NCBI GenBank assembly: GCA_017620135.1
Contig: JAFZQZ010000113.1
Location: 74,639 to 98,638 of the forward strand
From: Bacillota bacterium
GTDB lineage: Bacteria; Bacillota; Clostridia; Lachnospirales; Bianqueaceae
DNA: 24,000 bases
Direction of reading: 5' to 3'
A program made the translations under genes and the position numbers. Below are positions 14,741-23,730 of this stretch, piece after piece. The notes beneath the pieces were generated by a model, which worked only from the letters and a program-made list of their open reading frames with translations, was not told where the DNA came from and searched no databases. Numbering within the stretch: position 1 is the first letter of the stretch; each line of letters opens with the position of its first letter.

Positions 14741-16829
14741 TGTTCTGCCAGTTTTTTCGATAAAAGTATACCGGCACGGCGGACCAGCCGTGGCAGAGAC
14801 TGCCGGCATTTCCAAAGGCACTGGCGCCTTCGATGGTTTCCCAGAAGGTATCCGCGCCACGGGAAAGCATATATCCATAGTCCTCGGCGATCCTTTCAAA
14901 TACGTAAGACGCATACCTCTCAGGACGCAGGAAAAGAGCCTCATATTTGAAAATACTGTGGCTGAGCGTGATGGGAATCAGTTTGCTTCTGTGTCCCGCG
15001 AGCGCTTCCAGGATCTCTTCCTCTTTCTCTGGAGAGACCAAGCCGGCAAGCAGGGAAAGGGCTTGGGTGAGTTCAGCATAATGAGGAGAAACATCTTTAC
15101 CGACAAATGATGTGTAAACACCTTTTCTCTGGTCAAAGAAAACAGAATGATACGAAGAACGGATCTTGGAAATGGCTTCCTCGAAAGAAGCCGTTTTTTC
15201 ATTTAGAGCGGTCAGGATCTCCAGCAAACTCTGCAGTGCCAGCACAGCAAAGGCGTTAAGCGGCGCGTCATAGATGGGCGAATCGGTGGGAAGCGTCCGT
15301 TTATCACCGCTTAAGCCATCCTGCCATTCATAGAAATTCCAGTATTCTTGGCCGGGGTACCGGGAGATCAGACCGGTTTCGTCGATCCGGCTGATCATTC
15401 GATCTGCGATCGTAAAAAGAACGGGCAGCAGTTCCTTGATCGTCCCGGCGTCTTTCGAATACCGGAGGTATTCCGCGCACTGGATCAGATAAATATAGGT
15501 GAAGGAAGGGATCGTGATATCCGCTTTTCCCGGGCTGATCAGTTCCAGAAGACCATCTTCCCGGAGGCTTTTGGCGATCAGCTGGAGACTGGCCGCGGGA
15601 AACGCATATTCATGAAACGCGAAGTAGCCGCAGAGCATCTGATTACGACTATCCATGGTGTAAAGCGCCTGTTCTCGCCACGGACAGTCTTCATAATGTT
15701 CGTGCATGCAGTCGCGGAGGGTCTTCAGGCAGGTCTCATAGATCCTCTTATGGAGTGGATCTTTCGGTTCAAACGGCGCTGTATAGGAAAGTGGATAGAT
15801 CGTTTCCCGGATTCCCAGGGAGTAGATTTGCGCGTGAGTGGTATAGAGATGAAGCTGCAGATATCTCGCAGCGATCCGTTTGAGCGGGTAGAAAAAAGTC
15901 CGTCGTCCGGCGGATAATCTTAGATGTGCGGCGAAATTCCGACCATGGATAAACGTGCGTACATGGCCATCTTCCAGATGTTCACCCCAGCCGATGATCA
16001 GATCCGTATCTTCTTCCAGCTCCAGTTCAAGACTCAGCAGCCCCACGGTGTGTGCCGGAAGCTCCGCGATCAGGCAGATTCCGGAAGCATCGCCAGCAGA
16101 AAATTCAGCGCCTTCTTCCGACGGCAAGGATATACTTTCCTCCGGCCGGCTGATCTCCAGATCGGATGATGCCATCCGGATGGCTGGAGTGGGATCAGAT
16201 CCTGTATCCTGAAAGGATCCTGTCAGGATCAGCCGGGAAGAGGAAACGGGCAGGATATCCAGCTTCTTGACAGGTCTCGGGGACAGAAAAGGAAGAACGG
16301 CAGCCATCGGTTCGCAGGAAACGGCCGGTTCAAAAGCCTCAGGCTGTATAGTCTCATCAAAGTCAAAACTATAGGAAAGCTGCGGGGAGATCTTCGGAAC
16401 ATCCGTTTTGAAACGAAGATCTCTTCGGACAGGAAAACCCGGTTCGCTCCGGAGAATGGACTCGGTCTTCCCGGAAGGCAATTCTTTCATGAGAACGAAA
16501 AGAGCACAGGGCGGATAATGGCGAACAGTAAAACTGTCCTCGCCCTGGGAATAGACGATCAGGCAGAATTCATTGACGCCCGGATGAAGGTAAGACGTGA
16601 CATCCAGCGTATCATAATATCTCGCGTCCTCGTATCCCCGGAAGATCCCCGAGTTGACAAAAACGCCATTTAAATAAAGCGCGTATTCACTATGGACATA
16701 CAGATAGCAGGTATAGGTGATGTCAGTCGTTTCAGAGGGCAGAGAAAACGAACGGCAAAACTCGATCGTCCGGTTGATTTCGGTTCGGTCATGGTACCAG
16801 ATGAGTGATGCGCCAGCAAAGATATCCAT
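14727..16829 (-). CDS. GH78-like (alpha-L-rhamnosidase-related) six-hairpin glycoside hydrolase, cytoplasmic
   Basis: 700 aa with no signal peptide. The N-terminal beta-sandwich has the YALYLNG motif. The (alpha/alpha)6-type segment reads HEHYEDCPWREQALYTMDSRNQ and the C-terminal motif is SLCHGWSAVPVYFY. Only family-level assignment is made. Confidence 0.65.
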   Translation of the reverse strand: MDIFAGASLIWYHDRTEINRTIEFCRSFSLPSETTDITYTCYLYVHSEYALYLNGVFVNSGIFRGYEDARYYDTLDVTSYLHPGVNEFCLIVYSQGEDSFTVRHYPPCALFVLMKELPSGKTESILRSEPGFPVRRDLRFKTDVPKISPQLSYSFDFDETIQPEAFEPAVSCEPMAAVLPFLSPRPVKKLDILPVSSSRLILTGSFQDTGSDPTPAIRMASSDLEISRPEESISLPSEEGAEFSAGDASGICLIAELPAHTVGLLSLELELEEDTDLIIGWGEHLEDGHVRTFIHGRNFAAHLRLSAGRRTFFYPLKRIAARYLQLHLYTTHAQIYSLGIRETIYPLSYTAPFEPKDPLHKRIYETCLKTLRDCMHEHYEDCPWREQALYTMDSRNQMLCGYFAFHEYAFPAASLQLIAKSLREDGLLELISPGKADITIPSFTYIYLIQCAEYLRYSKDAGTIKELLPVLFTIADRMISRIDETGLISRYPGQEYWNFYEWQDGLSGDKRTLPTDSPIYDAPLNAFAVLALQSLLEILTALNEKTASFEEAISKIRSSYHSVFFDQRKGVYTSFVGKDVSPHYAELTQALSLLAGLVSPEKEEEILEALAGHRSKLIPITLSHSIFKYEALFLRPERYASYVFERIAEDYGYMLSRGADTFWETIEGASAFGNAGSLCHGWSAVPVYFYRKNWQNTPIL

Positions 16830-16951
16830 GATAGTCTCCCAGAATCAGATTTTCTTCAGTGTATGTCGTGGACACATCGATGTCAAGCACCTGTTTTGCC
16901 CGGACAAACCGGAAAATGCGCCAAATAAACAGAGGAAGTGGTGAAAACGCA

Positions 16952-16981
16952 TTGTCAAACAAGGCCGGACTGTGATAAAAT
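16952..16981 (+). promoter_or_regulatory. candidate extended -10 promoter for methyltransferase-hslO-regulator genes
   Basis: TTGTCA (16952-16957), an 18-nt spacer ending in TGa, then TAAAAT (16976-16981). Confidence 0.35.
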
Positions 16982-17039
16982 GGAGTTTCAGAGTAATAGG
17001 GTATGAACCCTGTTTGGACAAAAACGCAAGAGGTTGATT

Positions 17040-17831
17040 ATGTACGAGAACTTTGCTCATCTGTACGATGAGTTTATGCAGACGATCCCTGCCGAGGAGT
17101 GGGCGGATTATATCGAAACGCTGCTGAAAAAACATGGTGCGAGGCCGCATCTGGTGCTGGATCTTGCCTGCGGGACAGGTTCGCTGGCTTTAGAGCTTGA
17201 CCGGCGCGGATATGATATGATCGGCGTGGACGGATCGGAGGAAATGCTGCAGCAGGCAGGTGAGAAGGTCCGGCAGGCGGGAAAGTCGGAAGAGATCCTG
17301 TTCCTCTGCCAGGATATGAGGGAATTCGAGCTTTACGGGACGGTGGACGCGATCATCTGTACCTGTGACAGCCTTAACTATCTGCTGGAGGAAGAGGATG
17401 TACGGCAGGTTTTCTCTCTGGTGGAGAATTATCTCGACCAGGGCGGGCTCTTTCTGTTCGACCTGAACACGGAGTATAAATACAGCGAGATCCTGGGCGA
17501 GCAGACCTTTGCCGATACATCGGAAGACGGCGCTTTTATCTGGGATAATTACTATTACGAAGATGAAAAGATCAACGAGTATGAGGTGACCTTCTTTGAA
17601 AAGACCGAGGGCGGCCTGTACCGGCGCTCTCAGGAGACGCACTATCAGAAGGCGTACCGGGAAGAAGATATTCGAAAGTGGCTGGAAGACGCGCATCTGA
17701 AGGTGGAAGCCGTCTATGACAGCTTTACGCTGGATCAGCCGGACGAGCAGTCGGAAAGGATCACTTTCGTGGCCCGCGAGCTGCGGGAAAAGAAACGGTA
17801 TATACCGGAGGGAGATGAAGAAAATGTGTGA
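17040..17831 (+). CDS. class I SAM-dependent methyltransferase
   Basis: The SAM-binding motif I is VLDLACGTGSLALEL, with the acidic loop MIGVDGSEEML. The ATG at 17040 is preferred over the TTG at 17034. Confidence 0.85.
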   Translation: MYENFAHLYDEFMQTIPAEEWADYIETLLKKHGARPHLVLDLACGTGSLALELDRRGYDMIGVDGSEEMLQQAGEKVRQAGKSEEILFLCQDMREFELYGTVDAIICTCDSLNYLLEEEDVRQVFSLVENYLDQGGLFLFDLNTEYKYSEILGEQTFADTSEDGAFIWDNYYYEDEKINEYEVTFFEKTEGGLYRRSQETHYQKAYREEDIRKWLEDAHLKVEAVYDSFTLDQPDEQSERITFVARELREKKRYIPEGDEENV

Positions 17832-18723
17832 AGCAAAATATGAAGGACCGGATTATGCAATCCGGGGAACGGCGGCGGACGGCCAGGTGCTGGCCTTTGC
17901 CGTTTCCACAGCGAAGATGGTGCAGGAAGCACATGAACGGCATAAAACGTCGCCGGTAGTTACCGCCGCGCTGGGACGTACGATGAGCGCCGTCAGTATG
18001 ATGAGCCTGCAACTGAAAGGAAAAGACGAAGAGATCTCGATCCAGATCAAGGGCAGCGGTCCGGTCGGAGGGATCTCCGCCGTGGCGAACGGAGAGGGCG
18101 ACGTCAGAGGGTACGCGGAAGTCCCGGATGTCGATCTTCCGCTGAACGCGAAGGGCAAGCTCGATGTGGCCGAGGCGCTGGGGATCGGCGTCATGAGTAT
18201 CGTGAAGGATCTTGGCCTCAAGGAGCCCTATGTGGGTTCCACACACCTGGTGACCAGTGAGATCGCCGAGGATCTGGCTTACTATTTCACCGCTTCGGAA
18301 CAGATCCCTTCCGCTGTCGCACTGGGCGTGCTGGTCAATCCCGACGGAAGCGTCTGGACGAGCGGTGGCTATATGCTGCAGCTTCTGCCGGGCGCGACCG
18401 ATGAGGTAGCGGATATGCTCCAGGAAAGATGCCAGAACTTCCCGCAGCTGACGACTTTTCTTGCGGAAGGGCATACGCCGGAAGAGGTGCTGGAGACCCT
18501 GCTGGAGGGACTGAATTTACAGATCATGGCCAAACAGCCGGTGCAGTTTAAGTGCAACTGCAACAAGGACCGGGTGGAAAGAGCCCTGATCAGTATCGGG
18601 GAGAAAGATCTGCAGAGTCTGATCGACGAGGGAGAAGACGTGGATATGAACTGTCATTACTGCGGTCGGACGTATCATTTTACCATAGACGAAGTGAAAG
18701 AACTTCTGAAAAAAGCCCGTTAA
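17824..18723 (+). CDS. hslO: Hsp33 redox-regulated chaperone
   Basis: The Hsp33 core is present (LGRTMSAVSMM..., VGSTHLVTSEIAEDLAYYF). The C-terminal zinc centre is CNC...CHYC (FKCNCNKDRV...MNCHYCGRTYHF). The ATG at 17824 has better spacing from GGAGGGAG than the ATG at 17815. Confidence 0.9.
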   Translation: MCEAKYEGPDYAIRGTAADGQVLAFAVSTAKMVQEAHERHKTSPVVTAALGRTMSAVSMMSLQLKGKDEEISIQIKGSGPVGGISAVANGEGDVRGYAEVPDVDLPLNAKGKLDVAEALGIGVMSIVKDLGLKEPYVGSTHLVTSEIAEDLAYYFTASEQIPSAVALGVLVNPDGSVWTSGGYMLQLLPGATDEVADMLQERCQNFPQLTTFLAEGHTPEEVLETLLEGLNLQIMAKQPVQFKCNCNKDRVERALISIGEKDLQSLIDEGEDVDMNCHYCGRTYHFTIDEVKELLKKAR

Positions 18724-18738
18724 GGAAAGGAGCCGAGC

Positions 18739-19464
18739 ATGGCAGTAGTTGCGATCTGTGATGAGGATCCGAAAGAGATAGCGTATACGACCAGGGTCAT
18801 CGATGAATACAATCTGACCAAGCCCGTCCGCGATCAGGTGATCGTTCGGGCATTTCCCTCCGCGCGCAATTTGTGGTTCGAGATGGTGGAAGCCAACGTG
18901 GCCGATATCTTTATCCTGGACATCAATATGCCGGAAATGAACGGACTGGAGCTGGCGCACCGTATCCATCAGCTGAACAGCCGGGCGCTGATCATTTTCC
19001 TGGATTCCCATATCGAATATGCGGATGACAGTTACAAGGTGGACGCGTTCCGTTTCATCCTGAAAAGCGAGAGGGAAGAACATCTGCCGGAGGCGCTGGA
19101 CGCGGCGCAGGTGCGTCTGAAGGAAGACCGCAGCCAGTATGTGGGCTTCCGCCAGGACGGAGAGATCGTCCGGGTAGCGTTTGATGAGATCATCTACGCG
19201 GAAAAAGTCGACCGCAAGCTCCTGATCCATACGCTCAGGCAGGGCAATATCTACAGCAATGAACCGTTGGCGAAGCTGTACGAAAGGCTGAACAGCCGTC
19301 GCTTCTACTATGCGGATCAGAGCTATTTCGTCAATATCGATCATATCCTGAAACTGGGAAGCCATACCGTCTATCTGATCGGATCCAAGATGCCGCTGCA
19401 GGTGAGCCGACGGATGTGGCCGGCGCTGAAAGAAGCGGTGCTGAAGGAGTGGCATATTACCTAA
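18739..19464 (+). CDS. LytR/AlgR-family response regulator (REC + LytTR)
   Basis: The receiver domain has AICDED and FILDINMPEMNGLEL. The LytTR domain reads IIYAEKVDRKLLIHT...FYYADQSYFVNIDHI. No histidine kinase gene lies in the window. Confidence 0.88.
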   Translation: MAVVAICDEDPKEIAYTTRVIDEYNLTKPVRDQVIVRAFPSARNLWFEMVEANVADIFILDINMPEMNGLELAHRIHQLNSRALIIFLDSHIEYADDSYKVDAFRFILKSEREEHLPEALDAAQVRLKEDRSQYVGFRQDGEIVRVAFDEIIYAEKVDRKLLIHTLRQGNIYSNEPLAKLYERLNSRRFYYADQSYFVNIDHILKLGSHTVYLIGSKMPLQVSRRMWPALKEAVLKEWHIT

Positions 19465-19471
19465 ATGAGCC

Positions 19472-19540
19472 TTGCGCCGACAGGGGATTTCGTGGTAAAA
19501 TGTTTTTGACAGAAAAACAAATAAGCGGACAATTGTCCGC
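19472..19540 (+). promoter_or_regulatory. tdh-kbl control region: two candidate promoters and a perfect 16-bp palindrome
   Basis: P1 is TTGCGC, an 18-nt spacer ending in TGg, then TAAAAT (19496-19501). P2 is TTGACA (19506-19511), 16 nt, then GACAAT (19528-19533). GCGGACAATTGTCCGC (19525-19540) is perfectly self-complementary. Confidence 0.5.
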
Positions 19541-19576
19541 GTTTCAAAGACATTTCATCTCGCGGAGGAACTCCCT

Positions 19577-20644
19577 ATGTCAAAAGACGGACTCATGTAT
19601 GCGCTGGTCAAGACCAGAGCAGATAAGGGACTGGATCTTTGTCGCGTTCCGATCCCTGAAGTAGGCCCGAATGACGTGAAGATCAAGATCCATAAGACTT
19701 CGATCTGCGGAACGGACCTTCACATTTACAACTGGGACGAATGGTCTCAGAAAACGATCGTCCCGGGTACGACGATCGGTCATGAATACTGCGGAGAGAT
19801 CGTGGAAGTCGGCGACGCGGTGACAGAATACTATCCCGGCCAGATCGTGACCGGCGAAGGGCATATCACCTGCGGCGTCTGCCGCAACTGCCGTGAAGGC
19901 CGCAAGCATCTCTGCCGCAATGCCAAGGGCGTCGGCGTGAACCGCAACGGCGCGTTCGCGGAGTATCTGGTGATCCCGAAGGATAACGTCGTTCCGGTCA
20001 CCATCACGGATACCGTCACGGAGGACATGGTTTCTTCCTTCGACCCGCTGGGCAATGCCGTTCACACGGCGCTCACCTATGATATGGTAGGCGAGGATGT
20101 ACTGATCACCGGATGCGGCGCCATCGGGATGATGGCGGCGGCTATCGCGCATCATGTGGGAGCCCGCCGCGTGGTCGTCACCGATGTGAACGATTACCGG
20201 TTGAATCTCTGCAAGGAGATCACGCCTTCCGTTTACACGGTCAATGTATCCAGAGAAAAGCTGGAAGACACCATGAAGGCCATCGGCATGAAGGAAGGGT
20301 TCGACGTCGGTCTGGAGATGAGCGGGAACGGTTCCGCTTTCGCTTCTATGATCGATACCATGAACAATGGCGGTAATGTTGCGGTATTGGGCATCCATGC
20401 CAAGCAGCCGCCTGTCGACTGGCAGAAGATCGTGTGGAACGGACTGACGATCCGCGGTATCTACGGACGCAAGGTCTTTAACACATGGCACAAGATGAGT
20501 TATATGCTGGAAAGCGGACTGGATGTCAGAAAAGTACAGACCCATCGTTTTGATTTCCGCGATTATGAGAAAGGCTTCGCGGTCATGAATACCGGCAATT
20601 CCGGTAAAGTCGTCCTGGATTGGACGACCGCTCAGGAGGAATAA
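19577..20644 (+). CDS. tdh: L-threonine 3-dehydrogenase
   Basis: Zn-dependent MDR dehydrogenase with [22 protein letters not shown] and the structural zinc loop [15 protein letters not shown]. It pairs with kbl immediately downstream. Confidence 0.9.
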   Translation: MSKDGLMYALVKTRADKGLDLCRVPIPEVGPNDVKIKIHKTSICGTDLHIYNWDEWSQKTIVPGTTIGHEYCGEIVEVGDAVTEYYPGQIVTGEGHITCGVCRNCREGRKHLCRNAKGVGVNRNGAFAEYLVIPKDNVVPVTITDTVTEDMVSSFDPLGNAVHTALTYDMVGEDVLITGCGAIGMMAAAIAHHVGARRVVVTDVNDYRLNLCKEITPSVYTVNVSREKLEDTMKAIGMKEGFDVGLEMSGNGSAFASMIDTMNNGGNVAVLGIHAKQPPVDWQKIVWNGLTIRGIYGRKVFNTWHKMSYMLESGLDVRKVQTHRFDFRDYEKGFAVMNTGNSGKVVLDWTTAQEE

Positions 20645-20645
20645 T

Positions 20646-21827
20646 ATGAAGAGTGCATATCAGTATTTTAATCAGACACTGGAGCAGCTGAAGGCGGATG
20701 GACTTTACAAGAATGAGCGCATCATCACGACGCCGCAGCAGAGCCATATTGATACGACGGCCAAACCGAACGTCATCAATATGTGCGCGAACAATTATCT
20801 TGGCCTTTCGAACAGCCCGCGCCTGATCGAGGCGGCGAAGAAAAGCTATGACAAGTGGGGATACGGGCTGAGCTCCGTCCGGTTTATCTGCGGGACCCAG
20901 CAGCTTCATAAAGATCTGGAAAAGAAGATCAGTGAATTCCTGGGCATGGACGATACGATCCTCTACAGTTCCTGCTTTGACGCGAACGGCGGATTGTTCG
21001 AGACTCTCCTCGGACCGGAAGACGCGATCATTTCCGATGAACTGAATCACGCAAGCATCATCGACGGTGTCCGTCTTTGTAAAGCGCAGCGTTTCCGCTA
21101 TAAGAACAACAACATGGACGACCTGCGCCGCTGCCTGGAAGAGGCCAAAGGCGCGCGCATCAAGATGATCGCGACGGACGGCGTCTTCTCCATGGATGGA
21201 ATCATCGCGAATCTTCAGGGGATCTGTGACCTGGCGGACGAATTTGACGCGCTGGTCATGGTGGATGATTCTCACGCGGTCGGGTTCATGGGCGAACACG
21301 GCAAGGGAACGCCCGAAGCCTGCGGCGTGATGGGTCGGGTCGATGTGATCACCGGTACTCTTGGCAAGGCCCTCGGCGGCGCATCCGGCGGTTACACAAG
21401 CGCTCGTCAGGAGATCGTGGACATGCTTCGTCAGAAGAGCCGTCCGTATCTGTTCTCCAATACGCTGGCGCCTGCCATCGCGGCGGCGGCCTACGAGACG
21501 TTCACCATGCTGGGCGAGAGCACCGCGCTTCGTGACAAAGTCCATGAGAATACCGCGTACTTCCGCAGCAAGATCCGGGAAGTCGGCTTCGATATCATCG
21601 ATAGCACGCATCCCATCGTCGCGATCATGTTCTATGACGCGCATGTCGCCGGAAAGGTCGCGGAACTGATGCTGACCAAAGGGGTCTATGTCACCAGCTT
21701 CGTTTATCCGGTCGTTCCGAAAGGAAAAGCGCGTATACGCGTACAGATCAGCGCCGGCCACAGCAAGGAAGATCTTGACTATGTCGTGAAATGCTTCAGG
21801 GAAGCAAAAGAAGAACTCGGCATCTGA
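20646..21827 (+). CDS. kbl: glycine C-acetyltransferase (2-amino-3-ketobutyrate CoA ligase)
   Basis: Alpha-oxoamine synthase family. Motifs: [35 protein letters not shown], and a PLP-lysine context [10 protein letters not shown]. It starts 2 nt after the tdh stop. Confidence 0.92.
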   Translation: MKSAYQYFNQTLEQLKADGLYKNERIITTPQQSHIDTTAKPNVINMCANNYLGLSNSPRLIEAAKKSYDKWGYGLSSVRFICGTQQLHKDLEKKISEFLGMDDTILYSSCFDANGGLFETLLGPEDAIISDELNHASIIDGVRLCKAQRFRYKNNNMDDLRRCLEEAKGARIKMIATDGVFSMDGIIANLQGICDLADEFDALVMVDDSHAVGFMGEHGKGTPEACGVMGRVDVITGTLGKALGGASGGYTSARQEIVDMLRQKSRPYLFSNTLAPAIAAAAYETFTMLGESTALRDKVHENTAYFRSKIREVGFDIIDSTHPIVAIMFYDAHVAGKVAELMLTKGVYVTSFVYPVVPKGKARIRVQISAGHSKEDLDYVVKCFREAKEELGI

Positions 21828-21852
21828 TCGAAGAAAAAATGACATGAAAAAA

Positions 21853-21888
21853 GGCCTGAGACTTGAAATCGTCTCGGGCCTTTTCTTC
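21853..21888. terminator. bidirectional intrinsic terminator between convergent kbl and ABC permease genes
   Basis: GGCCTGAGAC (21853-21862) pairs with GTCTCGGGCC (21871-21880), with one G:U-type position. It is preceded by AAAAAA and followed by TTTTCTT. Confidence 0.7.
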
Positions 21889-21908
21889 GGTCTTTGCGGC
21901 GCGCAAGC

Positions 21909-22742
21909 TCACCCTTTGATGGCGCCGGCAATAAAGCTTTCCTGTATTTTCTTGGAGAGAAACATGTATATGAACAAAGTCGGGAAGGTGGCGAGCACCA
22001 GTGCCGCGCCAATGGGGCCCCACTCGGTCGTGTACTGCCCGGAGAGGGCCTGGACACCGACCGGCAAGGTCTTCAGCGCCGTCTTGCTGATGAAGATATT
22101 CGCGAACATCAGCTCGTTCCAGCACTGCAGGAAAGTGTAGATGCCTACGGTCGCAACGGCCGGTTTCATCAGTGGAACGATGATCCTGAAGAAGATGCCC
22201 CAGACGCTGCACCCGTCGATACAGGCCGCTTCGTCCAGGTCGCGCGGGATCTCATTCATGAAACCGGTGCAGACCAGGATGGCCATCGACAGAGAGAAAG
22301 CGGAATAGGGGATGATCAGTGCCCAGCGGGTATTCAGCATATGCAGCCGTGAAAGCGTGACATACACAGGAACGATCGAAGCATGGATCGGGATCGTAAG
22401 TCCCAGCATGAAGAACTTGTTCAGTGTCTTTTTCTGTTTCCAGATCAGACGGGTCAGGGCGAACGTGCCCATGAGAGCGACAGACAGCGTGATCGCGATC
22501 GTCGATACGGCGACGATAGCGCTGTTCAGGAAATAGAGTCCCATTTTGCCGGTGCCGAGGGCGCTGGCATAGTTGGACCACAGCCACTCTTTGGGCAGGC
22601 CGATGACGTTTTCACCAAAGATCTCCGCATTGCTTTTCAGGGAGAAGGTGAACATCCAGTAAATGGGGAAAAGGTTGACCAGAAGCCACAGGATCAGGCC
22701 GATGTAAATGGCGACCTGGGCAGATTTACTGTTATTTCGCAT
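21909..22742 (-). CDS. carbohydrate ABC transporter permease (MalG/CUT1 type)
   Basis: 277 aa with six TMs and an EAA-like loop (IPRDLDEAACIDGCSVWGIFFRIIVP). The RBS GGAGGAGG lies inside the end of the upstream gene. Confidence 0.9.
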   Translation of the reverse strand: MRNNSKSAQVAIYIGLILWLLVNLFPIYWMFTFSLKSNAEIFGENVIGLPKEWLWSNYASALGTGKMGLYFLNSAIVAVSTIAITLSVALMGTFALTRLIWKQKKTLNKFFMLGLTIPIHASIVPVYVTLSRLHMLNTRWALIIPYSAFSLSMAILVCTGFMNEIPRDLDEAACIDGCSVWGIFFRIIVPLMKPAVATVGIYTFLQCWNELMFANIFISKTALKTLPVGVQALSGQYTTEWGPIGAALVLATFPTLFIYMFLSKKIQESFIAGAIKG

Positions 22743-22745
22743 CGA

Positions 22746-23624
22746 TTAATCCTCCTCCTTGAAGATGGCGCTGATGATCAGGGCAAACAGGAAGCAAAGG
22801 ATGATCAGCAGGATAGCGATCGTACTTCCCATGCCGTAACGGTTGCGCAGGAAGAGCATATTTATCATTAAAGTACTCGGCACCTCGGTCGCGTGCAGAG
22901 GACCACCGTTTGTCAAAACATAGATCATGTCGAACGATTTCAGGGAACCGGTCACGGCAAAGATCACGCTGATCTTGATGATCGGTTTGATATAGGGCAG
23001 GACGATGTAGCGGTTGACCTGCGCGTCGCTCGCACCATCGAGCATCGCCGCTTCGCGAAGCTCCGGAGGAACGCTCTTGACACCCGCGTAGAGCAGCAGC
23101 ATATGGTAACCGACATACTGCCACAGGGTAGGAACAAGGACAGCGCCAAGCGCGGTCGCTTTGTCTCCGAGCCAGATCTTGGCCCAGCTTTCCAGGCCGA
23201 TCGCGCGAAGGAAGACGTTCAGGACACCGTAAGTGGGGTTGTAGATCTTCAGCCAGAGCTGACCGATAACGACAGTCGAGATCAGGACCGGCATAAAGTA
23301 GACGGAAAGGAACAGCCTTTCGCCTTTGATCTTTTTGCCGAGCGCAAGCGCGAGAGCGAGCGCCAGGGGCAGCTGAAGACAGACGGAAAGGGCTGCCAGC
23401 AGCAGGGAGTTGCGAAGGGCCTTCAAAAAGCCGATCGCGTCGCTGGTAAAGAGTTCCTTGTAATTGGAAAAGCCGATATACGTTTTTTCTCCGAACCCGT
23501 TCCAGTCAAAAAGGCTGAAATAGGCTGACGCGCCGATCGGCGCGATCAGGATGGCACAGAACAGGAGCAGGGCAGGGAGAATAAAGATCAGAATATGCAG
23601 TTTGTTACTGTACATTCGATTCAT
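22746..23624 (-). CDS. carbohydrate ABC transporter permease (MalF/UgpA type)
   Basis: 292 aa with the EAA loop VPPELREAAMLDGASDAQVNRYIVLP. RBS AGGAGGG precedes the ATG at 23624. Confidence 0.9.
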   Translation of the reverse strand: MNRMYSNKLHILIFILPALLLFCAILIAPIGASAYFSLFDWNGFGEKTYIGFSNYKELFTSDAIGFLKALRNSLLLAALSVCLQLPLALALALALGKKIKGERLFLSVYFMPVLISTVVIGQLWLKIYNPTYGVLNVFLRAIGLESWAKIWLGDKATALGAVLVPTLWQYVGYHMLLLYAGVKSVPPELREAAMLDGASDAQVNRYIVLPYIKPIIKISVIFAVTGSLKSFDMIYVLTNGGPLHATEVPSTLMINMLFLRNRYGMGSTIAILLIILCFLFALIISAIFKEED

Positions 23625-23651
23625 GGATCAGATCCCTCCTTTGGCAAAGGG

Positions 23652-23687
23652 GAGGCGGCAGCTCTCCTGGAGGAGAAGTGCCGCCTC
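23652..23687. other. intercistronic 9-bp GC stem-loop between binding-protein and permease genes
   Basis: GAGGCGGCA (23652-23660) pairs with TGCCGCCTC (23679-23687). The T-run (GTTTTTGTTT) follows on the plus strand, whereas the operon runs on the minus strand. Confidence 0.5.
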
Positions 23688-23730
23688 GTTTTTGTTTCTA
23701 TGTATATCCTACCTGTACTTTGGAGGAAAC

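Noticed and set aside
17761-21845. Minus-strand ORFs opposite hslO, the LytTR regulator, tdh and kbl (17761..18474, 18517..19455, 19580..20545, 20583..21845)
   Set aside because: Each is the mirror of a confidently identified plus-strand gene. None has motifs or a plausible RBS.
21844-23528. Plus-strand ORFs opposite the two ABC permeases (for example 21894..22352, 22383..22871, 22893..23528)
   Set aside because: They are shadow frames. The minus-strand products are classical six-TM permeases with EAA loops.
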